The notes under the pieces are model-generated. The model searched no databases. It was given only the letters and a program-made list of their open reading frames with translations, and was not told the DNA's origin. Below, piece by piece: positions 30,599 to 41,344 of a stretch of 64,000 bases of DNA (position 1 is its first letter; each line of letters starts with the position of its first letter). The DNA is taken from assembly GCA_963809485.1 (NCBI GenBank), contig CAWEJX010000001.1, positions 384,001 to 448,000 of the forward strand, given 5' to 3'. Both the position numbers and the translations under genes were made by a program. Origin of the DNA: an uncultured Acidobacteriota bacterium. GTDB lineage: Bacteria > Acidobacteriota > UBA6911.

Positions 30599-31735
30599 AT
30601 GGCCCGTGTAAAAACGGAAACCGCAGTCATTCCGATACGCACAAGTGAAGATTTTCTGCAACTGGAGGCCGGCTGGAACAGTCTTCTGGCCCGAATTCCC
30701 GATCACACGCCTTTCTCCACTCACGCCTGGCTGCAATCCTGGATCGAGGCATTCGGCGATCAGGTCGAGATTATTTCTTTAGTTGCGAAAAGAGGCGAGC
30801 ACACCGTCGGCATCGCGCCACTGTGCAAATGGGATTCGGGTGCCGTCACCTTTATTGGCTATCCCCAGAGTGATTATGCGGATTTTCTGATTGATCCATC
30901 CCTCCCTTCGGCGCTGGGAACGATCCTCGAGGCTTTCCGGGAGCTGCCAAACAACTGGAGTCGAATGATTTTGGATCAATTCCCTGAATCTTATAGTACT
31001 TGCGCGGCCCTGGCCGCCTGCATGAAACAAAGCGGGTATCCCTTCCGCGTGGAGAAGTCGGACCCATCACCCGCAATGGTTCTGGACAACATCGCGGCAG
31101 CCAGAAAGGTCTATTACAAGCAGCATATTGCGAATTATATCAATAAGCTCAAAAAGCAGGGAAATCTTGCATTTAATATATATAGGGACTCCGATATCGC
31201 GGTATCACGGCTTGACGACTTATTCGAGCAGCATATTGCGCGGTGGAAAAACACGGCGACTCCCAGTGCTTTTGCCAGCGAAAGAATACGAAGATTCTAT
31301 AGAATCTTTACGACGCGAATGCATCGGCTGGGCTGGATTCACTTTTGCAGCCTTACGCTCGATGAGAAATTCCTCGCATTTTTTCTATCCTTCGAATACC
31401 GGAAAAAGCTATATCTTTACAAGCCGTCCTTCAATCCAGATTATGCCAAAACCTCGCCAGGCCAGACCATACTGCGCTATCTATTTGATTATGCCGTGCA
31501 GGAATCCATTACCGAAATCGACTTTTGCCGTGGCGATGAAGCCTACAAACAGCGATTTTCCAACGTCACCCGCCAAAATTGCCGTCTCCGGGTTTATCGG
31601 AACCGGATCTCCGGAACCATGGCTGTATCCGCCCGACGCCTTTGGCATTCCCAACCGGTCGCTGCTTTTTCTAGGAGCCGTTTTGCAGTCAGAATCAAAG
31701 AGATACTGAACAGGTTCGTATATACCGTAAAATGA
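30599..31735 (+). CDS. GNAT acyltransferase, CelD/BcsL type
   Basis: TPFSTHAW, VGIAPL, SDYADF, SPG..L, IDFCRGDEAYK; ATG 30599 directly follows the upstream stop. Confidence 0.83.
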   Translation: MARVKTETAVIPIRTSEDFLQLEAGWNSLLARIPDHTPFSTHAWLQSWIEAFGDQVEIISLVAKRGEHTVGIAPLCKWDSGAVTFIGYPQSDYADFLIDPSLPSALGTILEAFRELPNNWSRMILDQFPESYSTCAALAACMKQSGYPFRVEKSDPSPAMVLDNIAAARKVYYKQHIANYINKLKKQGNLAFNIYRDSDIAVSRLDDLFEQHIARWKNTATPSAFASERIRRFYRIFTTRMHRLGWIHFCSLTLDEKFLAFFLSFEYRKKLYLYKPSFNPDYAKTSPGQTILRYLFDYAVQESITEIDFCRGDEAYKQRFSNVTRQNCRLRVYRNRISGTMAVSARRLWHSQPVAAFSRSRFAVRIKEILNRFVYTVK

Positions 31736-32916
31736 CAGATTGCATTGGCCGGCCAGATCCCTCGCCGAGGATCAACATCGCGTTTATTATTGATACTATA
31801 ATTAATCCTACGGGAGGAACTGAAAAACAGCTCCTGAGGCTCCTGCGCGACCTGGATCCCCAAAGGTTTCAGTCCTATCTTGTAACGCTCCGCTGTTCCG
31901 AATGGCTAAGCAAACAGACATTGGATATTCCGGTTATCACCCTCCAAAATCATGGAACGATAAAGCATGGCTTGGATTTCCTGAAATCGTTGTCCTTCGC
32001 AAAATTTTGCCGATCCGCGCAAATCGACATCGTTCAAACCTTCTTCACAGATTCAAACATTATAGGAACCATCGGCAGCCGCCTGTCAAACAAACGGCCC
32101 GCTGTTGTATCAAGCCGACGCAATATCGGCTATTGGCAAAGACCCCGCGATATAAGGATTCTTCGGTTGCTGCGGCACTGGACCAATTTCTACCTGGGCA
32201 ACTCCCAAGCCGCGATCCGGTCCGCCATCGAAATCGAGCGTATTGCGAAGGAAAAAACCCACGTTATATATAACGGCATCGATCTTGAGGAATTCCAGCG
32301 CATGGATCCGGCCCTGCGCCGGCTTCAACGGGAAAAATGGAATATATCAGAATCTCATATTCTTATAGGAGCGATTGCCAATTTGCGCACGGTAAAAAAT
32401 ATCAGCCTTCTGATTGATGCAGCCGCCCGCCTGATTCCCAAATTTCCTCAATTGCGTTTCGTCGTCGTAGGCGATGGTCCCGAGCGCAAGAATCTGGAGC
32501 AACAAATAGGCAACCTGGGGCTGAATAACCGGTTTCACCTGACTGGAGCGGCCAAAGATGTGATTGCATGGCTTGCGGCTTTTGACATTGCGGTGCTACC
32601 GTCTTCTTCGGAGAGCTTTTCAAATTCACTGCTCGAATATATGGCTGCGCGTTTGCCGATTGTGGCAAGTGATGTGGGCGGCAACAGCGAAGCCATCACT
32701 CACAATCTTGAGGGCTTTCTATGCCCGCCTGGAGACTCGGAAGGACTCGCCAAGGCCATAGGCAAGCTGTTGAATGATCCCGGATTAGCCCGAAGGTTTG
32801 CGGACTCAGGATACCGGAAGGCATGCCGACTATTCAGCTTTCCTATATGCATTGAAAACCATGAAAAGTTTTACAGAGCGGTAATCTCAGGTATTCCCTG
32901 CTCATCAGGCTCATAG
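31732..32916 (+). CDS. GT4 glycosyltransferase (TIGR03088-like)
   Basis: GGTEKQL, IANLRTVKN, ESFSNSLLEYMA, SDVGGNSE. Confidence 0.9.
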   Translation: MTDCIGRPDPSPRINIAFIIDTIINPTGGTEKQLLRLLRDLDPQRFQSYLVTLRCSEWLSKQTLDIPVITLQNHGTIKHGLDFLKSLSFAKFCRSAQIDIVQTFFTDSNIIGTIGSRLSNKRPAVVSSRRNIGYWQRPRDIRILRLLRHWTNFYLGNSQAAIRSAIEIERIAKEKTHVIYNGIDLEEFQRMDPALRRLQREKWNISESHILIGAIANLRTVKNISLLIDAAARLIPKFPQLRFVVVGDGPERKNLEQQIGNLGLNNRFHLTGAAKDVIAWLAAFDIAVLPSSSESFSNSLLEYMAARLPIVASDVGGNSEAITHNLEGFLCPPGDSEGLAKAIGKLLNDPGLARRFADSGYRKACRLFSFPICIENHEKFYRAVISGIPCSSGS

Positions 32917-32992
32917 TCTCAGATTCTAGTGTCTCTGTGTTTTGCGGAACTCAATAATTGGTTCTAACTGATCGCAGGCATAGGCTTCCAAA

Positions 32993-34354
32993 ATGAATAT
33001 CTCTTCCTCAGTGATCCGGAATGTAATTGCGCCCATGTGGGCTTGGCATGAGCGGTCTCCTTACCTGCGAATATGCACAAGCCTGAAGAAAAACGAGCAC
33101 ATAAGTGCGTCGGAGCGCACGAACACACAATGGATGAAACTGATTAGCTTGGTGCGCCATGCCTGGGATCATTGCCCCTTTTATCGAGATCGGATGAGAG
33201 AGGCTGGATTCCAACCCGAGGATTTGCGGAACTGGGATGATTTCCGGCGCTTCCCCATACTTGCCAAACAGGATATCGCGGACAATACTCCGGAGATGAT
33301 CTCACAGGTCTCGAACCGGGCCCGACTTATTCCGAGAAAGACATCAGGATCTACCGGAGTATCCCTTCATTTTTATGTGGATGAAGACGAGGTTCAGTTC
33401 AAACGCGGCGTGCAAATATACAGGGATAGCTGGACAGGATGGCGCATAGGCGACTGGAGCGCGCTTGTTTGGGGCAATCCAGAATATACACGGAGCTTTA
33501 GGGGACGGTTCAGGAACCGGTTCCTAAGCCGCTGCTTCTCGCTTGATACTCTGAAAATGGATAAAACCATGATGGGCAGCTTTGCCAACGAGATCTTTCG
33601 CCGAAAACCGAGCCTCCTTTTCGGTCATGCTCATTCACTCTACCTTCTGGCAAAATTTTGGGAGGACAGCGGGCTGCCCGAATTCCGGTTTCGCGGTATT
33701 ATAAGCACCGCAATGGTCCTTCACGAGCATGAGCGCCAGAAATGCGAGTCGGTTTTTAGATCCAGGATTTTTGATCGTTACGGATGCGAGGAAGTTAGCC
33801 TGATTGCCAGCGAATGCGAAGCGCATGAAGGGCTACATGTTAACACGGACTCTCTGATAGTGGAGGTGATCAAAGACGGCCAGTCAGCCCGAACGGGAGA
33901 AAGCGGCCGCGTCATTGTCACGGATCTCTGCAACCTTGCAATGCCATTCATACGATACGAAGTCGGCGATACCGCGATACCTTCCGACAGAGCCTGCTCT
34001 TGCGGCCGAAATTATCCACTCCTGGAAAGGATCACGGGACGGGTTGCCGATTATCTTCGAACACCTGAAGGAGACTGGATTTCCGGCATTTCCCTAACCG
34101 AAAATTTTGCCACCCTCATCCCCGGTCTGCACCAGATACAGATCGTTCAGGAGGAAATGGATTTTCTGCGACTCAGGATAGTCCGCGGGCGCCTTTTCGA
34201 CCACTCCAGTGTTGAACTGATAGAAAAGCTGGTACGCCAAAGGTTTGGTTCCCGCATGCGGTTTATCACGGAATTCGTTGATTCCATCCAGCCGGAAAGA
34301 TCGGGCAAATACCGCTTTTCCATTTACAGGGTAGGATCCTCCGGGCCTGCTTGA
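32993..34354 (+). CDS. phenylacetate-CoA ligase-like / CapK adenylate-forming enzyme
   Basis: TSGSTG, DRYGCEEV, MPFIRYEVGD, GRVAD, SGKYRF. Confidence 0.88.
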   Translation: MNISSSVIRNVIAPMWAWHERSPYLRICTSLKKNEHISASERTNTQWMKLISLVRHAWDHCPFYRDRMREAGFQPEDLRNWDDFRRFPILAKQDIADNTPEMISQVSNRARLIPRKTSGSTGVSLHFYVDEDEVQFKRGVQIYRDSWTGWRIGDWSALVWGNPEYTRSFRGRFRNRFLSRCFSLDTLKMDKTMMGSFANEIFRRKPSLLFGHAHSLYLLAKFWEDSGLPEFRFRGIISTAMVLHEHERQKCESVFRSRIFDRYGCEEVSLIASECEAHEGLHVNTDSLIVEVIKDGQSARTGESGRVIVTDLCNLAMPFIRYEVGDTAIPSDRACSCGRNYPLLERITGRVADYLRTPEGDWISGISLTENFATLIPGLHQIQIVQEEMDFLRLRIVRGRLFDHSSVELIEKLVRQRFGSRMRFITEFVDSIQPERSGKYRFSIYRVGSSGPA

Positions 34355-34644
34355 CGCCCGCTTGATGCGCCACAGGCGAAGCAGTCCACGATGAGAGCAT
34401 TTCAGTCAAAGCTGGCGGAATTATGCCTATCGAAAAATGGAAACCCGAAAATGCTTCGTGGCGACAATAAGGACCGCCCATCCCAATTTTGTGCCCAGCG
34501 TCACCAATCATAGGAGTCTTTTTAATTAAAATCCCTTTTATCGCCGATAGAATCAAAGGGCGCGAAGATTCGACATATTCCGGCGAAGGGAATGAATCTG
34601 GATTAGGGCCATTGCGCATCTTCTGGGTCGGAGGAAAACATACA

Positions 34645-36888
34645 GTGATAAGCCAACAAAAAAGCATTCGTACCGTCTTCAGCTTTTCCGGTAAAATATT
34701 TCTCGCTCTCATTCCGGTTATAGCTGCGTTCAGTCTGCTTCTTCCCCTGAATTTGTTTGCGCAGACCGTGGTGATCGACTCCAAGTGGCTTGATTCCCGT
34801 CAGCCTCCCTATAAACTGACGGGGGCTGGAAGTGTCTATCAACTTTCGACGGATGTTGCCACAGCGGGAACCGCCTTCCTTTTTTCGGACACCGGTATTG
34901 TTTTTGATTTGGGAGGGCACACCATCACCTATGCCAATTTGGATTTCACCGGCATTTCGAATCCTGGGTTTGAGCTGGCCGCCGCCGGAAACCCCACAGT
35001 GCCTGAGGGCTGGGATCTCAGGGGCGCCCCCCATGCGCAGCGCCAGCATTACCTGGAGAAGTTATTTTATGATGATTATTCACTTCGAATGGAAAATCCG
35101 GCGGGTGACGCCTTTTCTGAGGAGTTTGCAGTATCACCCGAAGTCTACCTTCCCGCAGCAGGCCGCTATGCGGCCGTTGCCCAGGTAAAAGGAAGCCCCT
35201 ATAAAGCGGTCAGGGTGACGCTGGCGATTGACGGGATTTCCGCAACTCCGGACAACCTTATAAGCAATATGCCTATGGTCTATCAGGCAACTGATATGAG
35301 CATTGGGATCATCGCGGAATTTGCTGTTAATTTTCCATGCAGTGTTCGCGTGCGGGTGATTTTGGGCACGACCGACCCTGCGGTATCAACATCCGCGGAT
35401 ATTGATGAAGTCGATGTGCGTCCCATAGGAATGAATGGTATTGCACTGGATGGATATAATAAGTCGCTTGCTGAAATCCGAAACGGCACGATCCGCGAAG
35501 GTCGGTCCCGGGCAATTTACTCTCACGCCCTCCATAGGACCGGCGCCCGCATGATCCATGATCTCACCATTGTAACCAATGGAATCAACAGTATGAATAT
35601 TTCGGAAATGTGGGCAGGCGGCATCAAAATCTACAACAATCATCTCGAGGCTTTGGGCAAACTTCCGCTGCACAGGCACTACCCATTCTCCATGATTGAT
35701 CTGTCACGAACAACTGGCGGGAATGAAATTTTCGGGAATACCCTGCTCCATGGGCCTCACGTCGGCATCAACCACGGCAACGCCTCCTCCAAAGGCGACA
35801 ATCCGAACCGAAGTCAGATACATGACAACAAGATTCAGACGCGCATCGTGGCAACGAATGGTTTCGCGATTACAACAGGAAGCAATGTGGATGTATTTTC
35901 CAATACAATCCAGCCATTCCAGGGCCACGGGATCGGTCTTGGCACCGGCAGCAATAACGTCAGGATCTATGATAATCTGATCGAGCCTCGAACCTGGCCA
36001 TGCAGCGAATACTCATCCTACAACTATCCGAACTCTTCGCATGGTATCCGAATAAAAACTTACGGCAGCGGGAATCTTCGAGATGTAGAGATTTATAACA
36101 ATCGAATTATCGGGCGAACCATCCCGCAGAGATCCAACTGCTATACGGAAATCTCGGGCATTACGAACTACATCACCGATTCCGACCCTTCCGCAGCTCC
36201 AAATCCGGAAAATATTTCCATACACGACAACAGCGTGCAGGTCTATACGGACAATTACCTGCAGCAACATGCCATTGCCTATAAGGTTGCGCCCTATGGT
36301 TCCGTTACACGCAATACCTTTGGCAGCAACCACATAATAATTGAAATGTCCGACAGTGACGCTGGCGCCGGAGTGAATACCAAACTCGTTTCAAATACCC
36401 TTGAGAAGCTAGCCAGTCCCAGTGGTTTTCACACCCTGCGTTTTGGTTACAACCGGCCTTATGGGAATACACTGCTCGACACTAGTCTTTTGGGTGGAGC
36501 GGACATCAAAGACGTATTCCACACGAGGAGCTATACTACCGCCACCGACTTGAATGTTTCGTGGTTCCTAACGGTCAATGTTCGGAATCCGACAGGCACA
36601 CCCATTAAGGGGGCTACTGTTTCGGCAAGAGATAAAAACGGCACATTGGTAGGGACACTCAGTACGGATGAAACAGGTAGGGCAACCCTCGAGTTGAAAC
36701 AATATACATATTATTACGATAAAGCTGGAAGGTACGATTTCTTTTCGCCGTATCAAATAATAGTGTCCGCTCCTGGATTTGCAGCTTCCAAACAAACGGT
36801 AACGGTGGATAGATCTGTTGAATTCCCTGTCACACTTGGAAGTGGAGTTTCAAGGCCGGTTTCTCCCACAAATTTGCGATTCCCCTGA
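34645..36888 (+). CDS. secreted right-handed beta-helix protein with C-terminal carboxypeptidase-regulatory-like domain and PxxPxNL tail
   Basis: GGAGG then GTG 34645; signal peptide (LFA-Q); FDLGGHTI, repeated I.NN.I strands; PIKGATVS..D.NG, TDETG.A. Confidence 0.72.
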   Translation: MISQQKSIRTVFSFSGKIFLALIPVIAAFSLLLPLNLFAQTVVIDSKWLDSRQPPYKLTGAGSVYQLSTDVATAGTAFLFSDTGIVFDLGGHTITYANLDFTGISNPGFELAAAGNPTVPEGWDLRGAPHAQRQHYLEKLFYDDYSLRMENPAGDAFSEEFAVSPEVYLPAAGRYAAVAQVKGSPYKAVRVTLAIDGISATPDNLISNMPMVYQATDMSIGIIAEFAVNFPCSVRVRVILGTTDPAVSTSADIDEVDVRPIGMNGIALDGYNKSLAEIRNGTIREGRSRAIYSHALHRTGARMIHDLTIVTNGINSMNISEMWAGGIKIYNNHLEALGKLPLHRHYPFSMIDLSRTTGGNEIFGNTLLHGPHVGINHGNASSKGDNPNRSQIHDNKIQTRIVATNGFAITTGSNVDVFSNTIQPFQGHGIGLGTGSNNVRIYDNLIEPRTWPCSEYSSYNYPNSSHGIRIKTYGSGNLRDVEIYNNRIIGRTIPQRSNCYTEISGITNYITDSDPSAAPNPENISIHDNSVQVYTDNYLQQHAIAYKVAPYGSVTRNTFGSNHIIIEMSDSDAGAGVNTKLVSNTLEKLASPSGFHTLRFGYNRPYGNTLLDTSLLGGADIKDVFHTRSYTTATDLNVSWFLTVNVRNPTGTPIKGATVSARDKNGTLVGTLSTDETGRATLELKQYTYYYDKAGRYDFFSPYQIIVSAPGFAASKQTVTVDRSVEFPVTLGSGVSRPVSPTNLRFP

Positions 36889-37255
36889 ATAGCAGCGAAT
36901 TTATCGATCCTGTAAATAGGAACGCGCGCATCATTGGATCCCTGCTCCGGCCTATGCCAATGAGGCTGCAGACATACAAGGATTGAATACCTGGGAATGC
37001 CAGGATTCCATGGGAGATTTTCCCGCTTTCCATGCACGCTGTGAGCATTCAGAGCTTGAGATGATTCATCCCTGGCAACCGTATGCAGTGTTTTCCCTTT
37101 GCGCTCCGGGAAGACTGCAACCGGCATTGTCCGATTCCCAATGATTCCATGCCCATTCCCGTTGAGCCTGCTTCTGAAAAAGCTTGGGCTCCCGCATTCG
37201 ATTCGATTCCCTGAGGGCAGCCTATTCTATGAGGACTGATTCGGAAGAAACGATT

Positions 37256-38563
37256 ATGGCGGTGCCGGAGAATAAGTCCGCAAGCCTAATGTTTGCACTT
37301 ATTTGCGGATATTTATTCCTGTATATTGAGCGACCCTGGGAAGTTTGGGTTTGGCTGGCTCCGTTTCATATCGAGCGAGCCTATATGATGGTGGCATTAG
37401 CGATCTTCGCCCTGTGGCGCGGAAAAGAAATAAGGTGGGGATTTCACCCTTTCTGGATTGCGATCTTTTTGCTGCTTCACTATGCTCTCGCCCCCTTTGC
37501 ATTCTCGGCTAAGGATGCCCTACTGCAGGGATATGAATATTTTAAAATGGCAGTTTTTTATTTCCTGATGATCTGGAGCATTAAGAGTGAATTGGAACTT
37601 CGAAAGCTGGTCCAGGCCTTCGTTGGCATCTTGGGATTCTACATGCTCCATTCTTTCAGAGAATATCTGTTAGGCCGCCATGTATATCGCATGGGTATCA
37701 CGCGCATGATTGGGGTTGATCAATTCGCGAATGATCCCAATACTTTTGGCGGTACTCTGATTTTTTCTTTGCCCTTTCTATTTGCCTTGTTCAGGACCGA
37801 AGACAGGGCTTTCCTAAAGCTGATTTACGTGGCTTATGGCGTCCTTGCAGTAGCCTGTCTTGTCCTTACAGGGTCCCGTTCCGGATTTGTAATACTGGCG
37901 CTCTTCCTCCTGTTGGACCAGATGAGGAGGAAGGGCAAGAATAGGTATTTGATGCTTGTTGCCGTGATTTTGATCGGGCTGGCCGTCTGGAATTTCATGC
38001 CTGAAGAAAAAAAGCTGCGCTTCGAGACGATCTGGAATCCCGAAGTTGGCCCAGCCAATGCAGAGGAGTCTGCTGAAGGACGAATCGCGGGATTTAAGGC
38101 TGGCATGCAAATGCTCGCGGATCAACCATTGACGGGAATCGGGGCAGGCGGAAAGAACTTCATGAATTACCGCTCAGCGAAGGGCGATGGATTCGCGATA
38201 CAGGCCCACAACCTCGCTGGAGAATTATTGGGTACCATGGGATTGTTGGGAGGAGTTGCTTTTCTTTGTCAGGTAATTGTGGTATGGAGGATGGCAGGAG
38301 AGGCAATGAAAGCAAATCCGCACTCCAATTCCCCCCCAGATTCGTACGTGCCCCAACTCTGCCTCGCATGTCGCCAGGACCTAATTCTGTTAGTCTGCAG
38401 CGGACTTTTCGGACACAATCTTTATCGGGCAAATTGGCTTTGGATTGGCGCGTGGAGTTTTCTCTGCAGGAGATTTGTCAGGATGCGTGCTGACAAGTTG
38501 ATATCCCAAAAACCAGCCAATGGTGCAGGTCTCCAGCCTGCGCATGAGTCTGCCCGAACCTAG
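37256..38563 (+). CDS. O-antigen ligase/Wzy-like polymerase (exosortase-associated type)
   Basis: Multi-TM, DPN..G, LTGSRSG, PLTGIG..NF, AHN; start uncertain (37184/37229/37256). Confidence 0.85.
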   Translation: MAVPENKSASLMFALICGYLFLYIERPWEVWVWLAPFHIERAYMMVALAIFALWRGKEIRWGFHPFWIAIFLLLHYALAPFAFSAKDALLQGYEYFKMAVFYFLMIWSIKSELELRKLVQAFVGILGFYMLHSFREYLLGRHVYRMGITRMIGVDQFANDPNTFGGTLIFSLPFLFALFRTEDRAFLKLIYVAYGVLAVACLVLTGSRSGFVILALFLLLDQMRRKGKNRYLMLVAVILIGLAVWNFMPEEKKLRFETIWNPEVGPANAEESAEGRIAGFKAGMQMLADQPLTGIGAGGKNFMNYRSAKGDGFAIQAHNLAGELLGTMGLLGGVAFLCQVIVVWRMAGEAMKANPHSNSPPDSYVPQLCLACRQDLILLVCSGLFGHNLYRANWLWIGAWSFLCRRFVRMRADKLISQKPANGAGLQPAHESART

Positions 38564-38600
38564 CAGGCGGGACTGCTTCCGTCCGGCCAGCTTCAAATCC

Positions 38601-40148
38601 ATGAAAAAATACCTCTTCATCAATTCAGCATCCAGCACTTTGGCATTCCTGCTAAACGTGGCTGTTGTATTTGTGATGAGCCCTATTATCGTTCGCCAGC
38701 TGGGCAATACCGGATATGGCATTTGGGACCTGCTCCTGAGCTTTTGCGGTTACCTGGGTCTCCTGGAACTGGGCATCGGTCCGGCAATAATACGGTTTGT
38801 GGCAAAAAGCGCAACCCTTGAAGAAAAGCAGGAGACTCAACAGATCTTTGTAACCTCGGCAACCACATTATCGCTCATGGGACTGGCCTGCTTGGCTGTG
38901 CTGTCGCTCATTTCATTGAACCCACATCGAATTTTCAACACCTCTCCCCAGCAAAACCCTTATATGCCGGCGCTGTGCATTTTGGCAGGCGCCAATTTGT
39001 TTGTACAGTTCGCAGGCACCTCATCTGTCGCCTGTCTTATGGGCCTACAGCAGCATTACCGAATCAACCTGTTGCGGATGGCATTGGGTGTGCTTTCTGC
39101 AATAGCCACATGGGCGGCGTTGACTCGATGGGGCGGTGATGGAATACTGTGGTTAAGCGCCATTCTGCTGGCCGGCAACGTATTTCAATATACGATTTTC
39201 TCTTCATGGGCGATTCGAAACATCGGGGCCACCGGCTTATCCTTGAAGCTCTTTTCAAAAAAAAAGCTAAAGCAAATGTTTTTGTTCGGGATCAACAGTT
39301 CTCTAATCATGCTATCGGATCGCATACAACGGCAGAGCGTACCCTTTGTAATCGGCCACACCATGGGTGTTGCAAACATTGTCTTCTATTCTATCCCTGC
39401 CAGGATTACTGAATATGGCCTCAGCTTGCTTTCATCCGTAGGGCTCCCAATAACCCCTTTACTAAGCGCTGTGGATGCGAAAGACGGGCTGAAAGCCACA
39501 CGACAAGCATGGATTGAAACAGGGAGATGGCTGCAAATCCTTCAAATGCTTATTGCTTTGGGGGTGGGATTTCTGGGGACCAGCTTCATTGGGATATGGA
39601 TGGGGACTCAATATGCTGAGAGGGGGAAATGGGTCGTCCTGTGCATTTCCGGAGCCATGTTTGTAGGAGGTCTTGCCCCAAATTCCGCCAGGCTTCTGGT
39701 AGCATTGGGAAGGCATGGGGAAGTCGCAATGAAACTGGTCGTCATATCCTTGATAGCCATTTTTACGGCGATCATGCTGGCACCTCGAACGGGGCTTCCG
39801 GGAATCGCGGCAGCCATATCGCTGGCCAACATGGCAAACTTCATTGTATGCTGGCGCAAATCCTGCAACTGTCTCGACATCTCAACCGGCAAATATCTGA
39901 AAGACACTCTCGTCGCGATGGGCCCTCCAACGGTAATATTTGCAATAATTGCTTTCCTGTTAGGCGCGACTGCGGAACCGAACACCTATCCAAGGCTGAT
40001 CCTGAATGCGGCGGCCGCCTCTGCAGGCTATTTGGCCGCAGCTTGGTTTTCTGCAATCGGCTTAAAGGATCGCCGAGCTATGGGTGCCAGACTTGTCCGT
40101 CTCATCCATCAGCGGAGAATCAGGCAAAGTCCGCAACGAATCCTGTGA
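38601..40148 (+). CDS. wzx: Wzx-type oligosaccharide flippase
   Basis: P.IVRQLG..GYGIW..L, LELG...AI.RFVA, many TM helices; ATG 38601 is the likely start. Confidence 0.82.
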   Translation: MKKYLFINSASSTLAFLLNVAVVFVMSPIIVRQLGNTGYGIWDLLLSFCGYLGLLELGIGPAIIRFVAKSATLEEKQETQQIFVTSATTLSLMGLACLAVLSLISLNPHRIFNTSPQQNPYMPALCILAGANLFVQFAGTSSVACLMGLQQHYRINLLRMALGVLSAIATWAALTRWGGDGILWLSAILLAGNVFQYTIFSSWAIRNIGATGLSLKLFSKKKLKQMFLFGINSSLIMLSDRIQRQSVPFVIGHTMGVANIVFYSIPARITEYGLSLLSSVGLPITPLLSAVDAKDGLKATRQAWIETGRWLQILQMLIALGVGFLGTSFIGIWMGTQYAERGKWVVLCISGAMFVGGLAPNSARLLVALGRHGEVAMKLVVISLIAIFTAIMLAPRTGLPGIAAAISLANMANFIVCWRKSCNCLDISTGKYLKDTLVAMGPPTVIFAIIAFLLGATAEPNTYPRLILNAAAASAGYLAAAWFSAIGLKDRRAMGARLVRLIHQRRIRQSPQRIL

Positions 40149-40149
40149 A

Positions 40150-41085
40150 ATGAACTATGCCATGAAGGTGGATGTAATTATTCCCACATACAACAGCGCA
40201 CCATGGCTGGGTGATGCCATTGAATCCGTCCTGACTCAAGCCTTTCGGCCCGAACGGATTATTGTGGTGGATGACTGTTCGTCGGATGATACCGATTCCG
40301 TGCTTGCCCATTTTAGAGATAAAATACATTTGGTTAGACATGATGCCAATCGCGGCCTGCCTGCAGCAAGAAACACCGGCATCCGTGCAGCAACATCCGA
40401 TCTCATTGCCTTCCTGGACGCGGATGATGTATGGACAAGCAACAAACTGCAGGAGCAGGTCCTGGAATTTGCCGGTGATGATCCGCCCGGTCTCTCCTAT
40501 ACGAGCCTTATCGACTGTGATATGCAGCTGCAGCCCCTGCAATCCCCTCGGCGTTTTAAGGAAAGGAAGCGTGAAAGGGTGTTTGAGGAGCTGTTTATGC
40601 GGGCTTTCCCAATCCCGCCAAGCACTGTAATTGTTAGGAGGTGCGTATTTGAATCATGTGGACTATTCGACGAAAGCATGCTAAAGGCCCAAGACTACGA
40701 ATGCTGGCTGCGCATAGCAATGAAATATACCGTTTCCTGCCTTCCTAAAGCGCTATGCCTCAGGAGAAGCAATCCCTATTCCATCTCCGCAAGAAGCACC
40801 AGTGAAAAGGACGCATATTATGCTTTCAGGGTTTTTGAGCTTTGCGAGGTTGCCGCGGCACGGGCAGGAATTCAGCTGCCCATGAATGTTTCTGATCGCA
40901 AGATATTATTCTTGCGGCGGCGACACAGGGATTCGGTCCTATGGGGGAATAGAGATGGAGAGGCTTTTTATAGACAGAAACTGCTGGAAGCCTGTGCCTA
41001 TGACTGGAGATGCCGGATCAACTCCGCCATTTCGCGAATCAGAGTAATCCTTCCGCGCATTTCAGGCTTATATGCCTGCAATTAG
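40150..41085 (+). CDS. GT2 glycosyltransferase
   Basis: VIIPTYN, VVDDCSSD, AARNTG, FLDADD, QDYECW. Confidence 0.9.
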   Translation: MNYAMKVDVIIPTYNSAPWLGDAIESVLTQAFRPERIIVVDDCSSDDTDSVLAHFRDKIHLVRHDANRGLPAARNTGIRAATSDLIAFLDADDVWTSNKLQEQVLEFAGDDPPGLSYTSLIDCDMQLQPLQSPRRFKERKRERVFEELFMRAFPIPPSTVIVRRCVFESCGLFDESMLKAQDYECWLRIAMKYTVSCLPKALCLRRSNPYSISARSTSEKDAYYAFRVFELCEVAAARAGIQLPMNVSDRKILFLRRRHRDSVLWGNRDGEAFYRQKLLEACAYDWRCRINSAISRIRVILPRISGLYACN

Positions 41086-41344
41086 ATTGGCGCGCAGGAC
41101 CATGGTCCAGCCATTGGAGCCGCAGACCAAATTTTGTAAATGACAATGCTCATGGAACCTATGGAATTCAACGGCGTCTTGTTTCAATGTTGACATGAAG
41201 AGACTGAGGACATTTTGTATGGCTGTTGGGGATGCAAATTTTCATGGGCATCAGTTTGATCCGTCTTTGCAGGGTTAACGGAATGGACGTCTCATGTCAT
41301 AATTCCCACGTGGCAAATATCTCAGTTCGAAAACCAGCAAGGGA

